Assembly (NCBI GenBank): GCA_963844755.1
Contig: CAWJPM010000008.1
Coordinates: 69,788 to 133,787, forward strand
Source of the DNA: Pirellulales bacterium
GTDB taxonomy: Bacteria; Planctomycetota; Planctomycetia; Pirellulales; Thermoguttaceae
Reading direction: 5' to 3'
Length of the DNA: 64,000 bases
Shown: one piece after another, positions 63,270-64,000 of the stretch
Position numbering within the stretch: the stretch's first letter is position 1
Layout of the letters: each line of letters begins with the position of its first letter
Position numbers and translations under genes: made by a program
The notes under the pieces: generated by a model
What the model was told of the DNA's origin: nothing
What the model saw: the letters and a program-made list of their open reading frames with translations, nothing else
The model's database searches: none

Positions 63270-64000
63270 ATGAGAATCCTAATTCCTACGATATTAATGC
63301 TCATAATTCGCACCCCGGTGTTATTCGCACAAGATGTGAAAATCCATGATGCTGCGAAAACGGGAGACCTTACCTCTGTACGGGTGCTGCTTGAAAAACA
63401 ACCGGCGCTTATCAATGCCAAGAACAAGGATGGTCAAACCCCGTTGCACATTGCAGCCACGAATGGTCGTAAAGAGGTGGTGGAATTGTTGTTGGAAAAA
63501 GGCGCCGATGTAAACGCAAAGGATAATTACGAAGGCACGCCACTACACTGGGCCGCATATTATGGACACAAGGAAGTGGCTGAACTGCTACTCTCCAAGG
63601 GAGCAGCGATTAACGCTAAAGAAAGAAAAGGTTGGACTCCGATACATTACGCCGTTTGGAAAGGCCACAAAGAATTGGCCGAATTACTCATTTCCAGTGG
63701 AGCAGATATTGACACAAAGCAAATGGAAGATTCGACACCGCTTCACATAGCGGCCATGAACGATAATAAGGAAATGGTTGAACTATTAATTGCTAAAGGA
63801 GCAAAGTCAGATGCGAAGGACCAAAAAGGCAATACACCCTTACAATATGCAATCGCTAAAAACCAAATAGAAACCTCGATCCTGCTCTATCGTTATGAAT
63901 GCACCAAAGTGCAGCCTGCAATATCCACGCTACCACCGAAACCCAATATCGCGGATCGCTACAAATGGAAAAGCAAGTCTTCCAAGGTGGCGAGTTCCTT
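63270..64000 (+). CDS. secreted ankyrin-repeat protein (3' end beyond the window)
   Basis: Absent from the ORF track because it is open at the edge. GGAGG precedes ATG 63270. Signal peptide MRILIPTILMLIIRTPVLFA. There are at least 5 ANK repeats (DGQTPLHIAATNGRKEVVELLLEKGADVNAK ...). Confidence 0.8.
   Translation, partial: MRILIPTILMLIIRTPVLFAQDVKIHDAAKTGDLTSVRVLLEKQPALINAKNKDGQTPLHIAATNGRKEVVELLLEKGADVNAKDNYEGTPLHWAAYYGHKEVAELLLSKGAAINAKERKGWTPIHYAVWKGHKELAELLISSGADIDTKQMEDSTPLHIAAMNDNKEMVELLIAKGAKSDAKDQKGNTPLQYAIAKNQIETSILLYRYECTKVQPAISTLPPKPNIADRYKWKSKSSKVASS

Overview
A 64-kb chromosomal segment that looks like Planctomycetota, probably Pirellulales-like. The taxon call rests on a TIGR03067-type domain, a long-form ThiE, many BlaR1/PEGA/vWA-type envelope proteins, and the short palindromic 'word' repeats typical of that phylum. 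All domain and family calls below come from motifs I recognise by eye, not from searches.

Content in order:
- Glycan-synthesis cluster: methyltransferase, a coiled-coil GT4-GT2 fusion, a membrane GT with a lectin-like tail, and a GT2.
- A minus-strand operon of a cation/proton antiporter and enolase, preceded by a fluoride (crcB-motif) riboswitch that no ORF track would show.
- psd plus an enolase-superfamily enzyme, then a CBS protein.
- A PP2C / GNAT / vWA / TIGR03067 block.
- A secreted 2x thioredoxin-fold protein, a MacB-type ABC exporter, then arsR-arsC-acr3.
- A PEGA lipoprotein, mlaEFD, clpC, a Clp_N protein, thiE, a CYTH protein, lpxB, an M50 protease and a tiny Lys/Ala-rich protein.
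- flhA-flhF-fliA, blaI-blaR1, a large EF-hand/secretin-N repeat protein, flgM and purB.
- A low-GC vapBC islet, an HD dNTPase-like gene, two large conserved envelope proteins and an ankyrin protein.

I found no rRNA, tRNA, CRISPR array, transposase or integrase.

Two window-wide properties matter for interpretation:
- About 30 single-nucleotide frameshifts interrupt otherwise conserved genes, including eno, purB, mlaE/F, flhF and fliA. This most likely reflects assembly indel errors, so the ORF-track pieces have to be merged.
- Intergenic space is packed with several families of short palindromes and low-complexity 'word' blocks. Some of these bracket small low-GC orphan cassettes.

I see no single clear-cut novel multi-gene machine. 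The best candidates for follow-up are the fluoride-riboswitch operon, the inverted-repeat-bracketed orphan cassettes, a 32-nt palindromic motif recurring in 5' regions, and the Trx-fold/ABC module fused to the ars operon.
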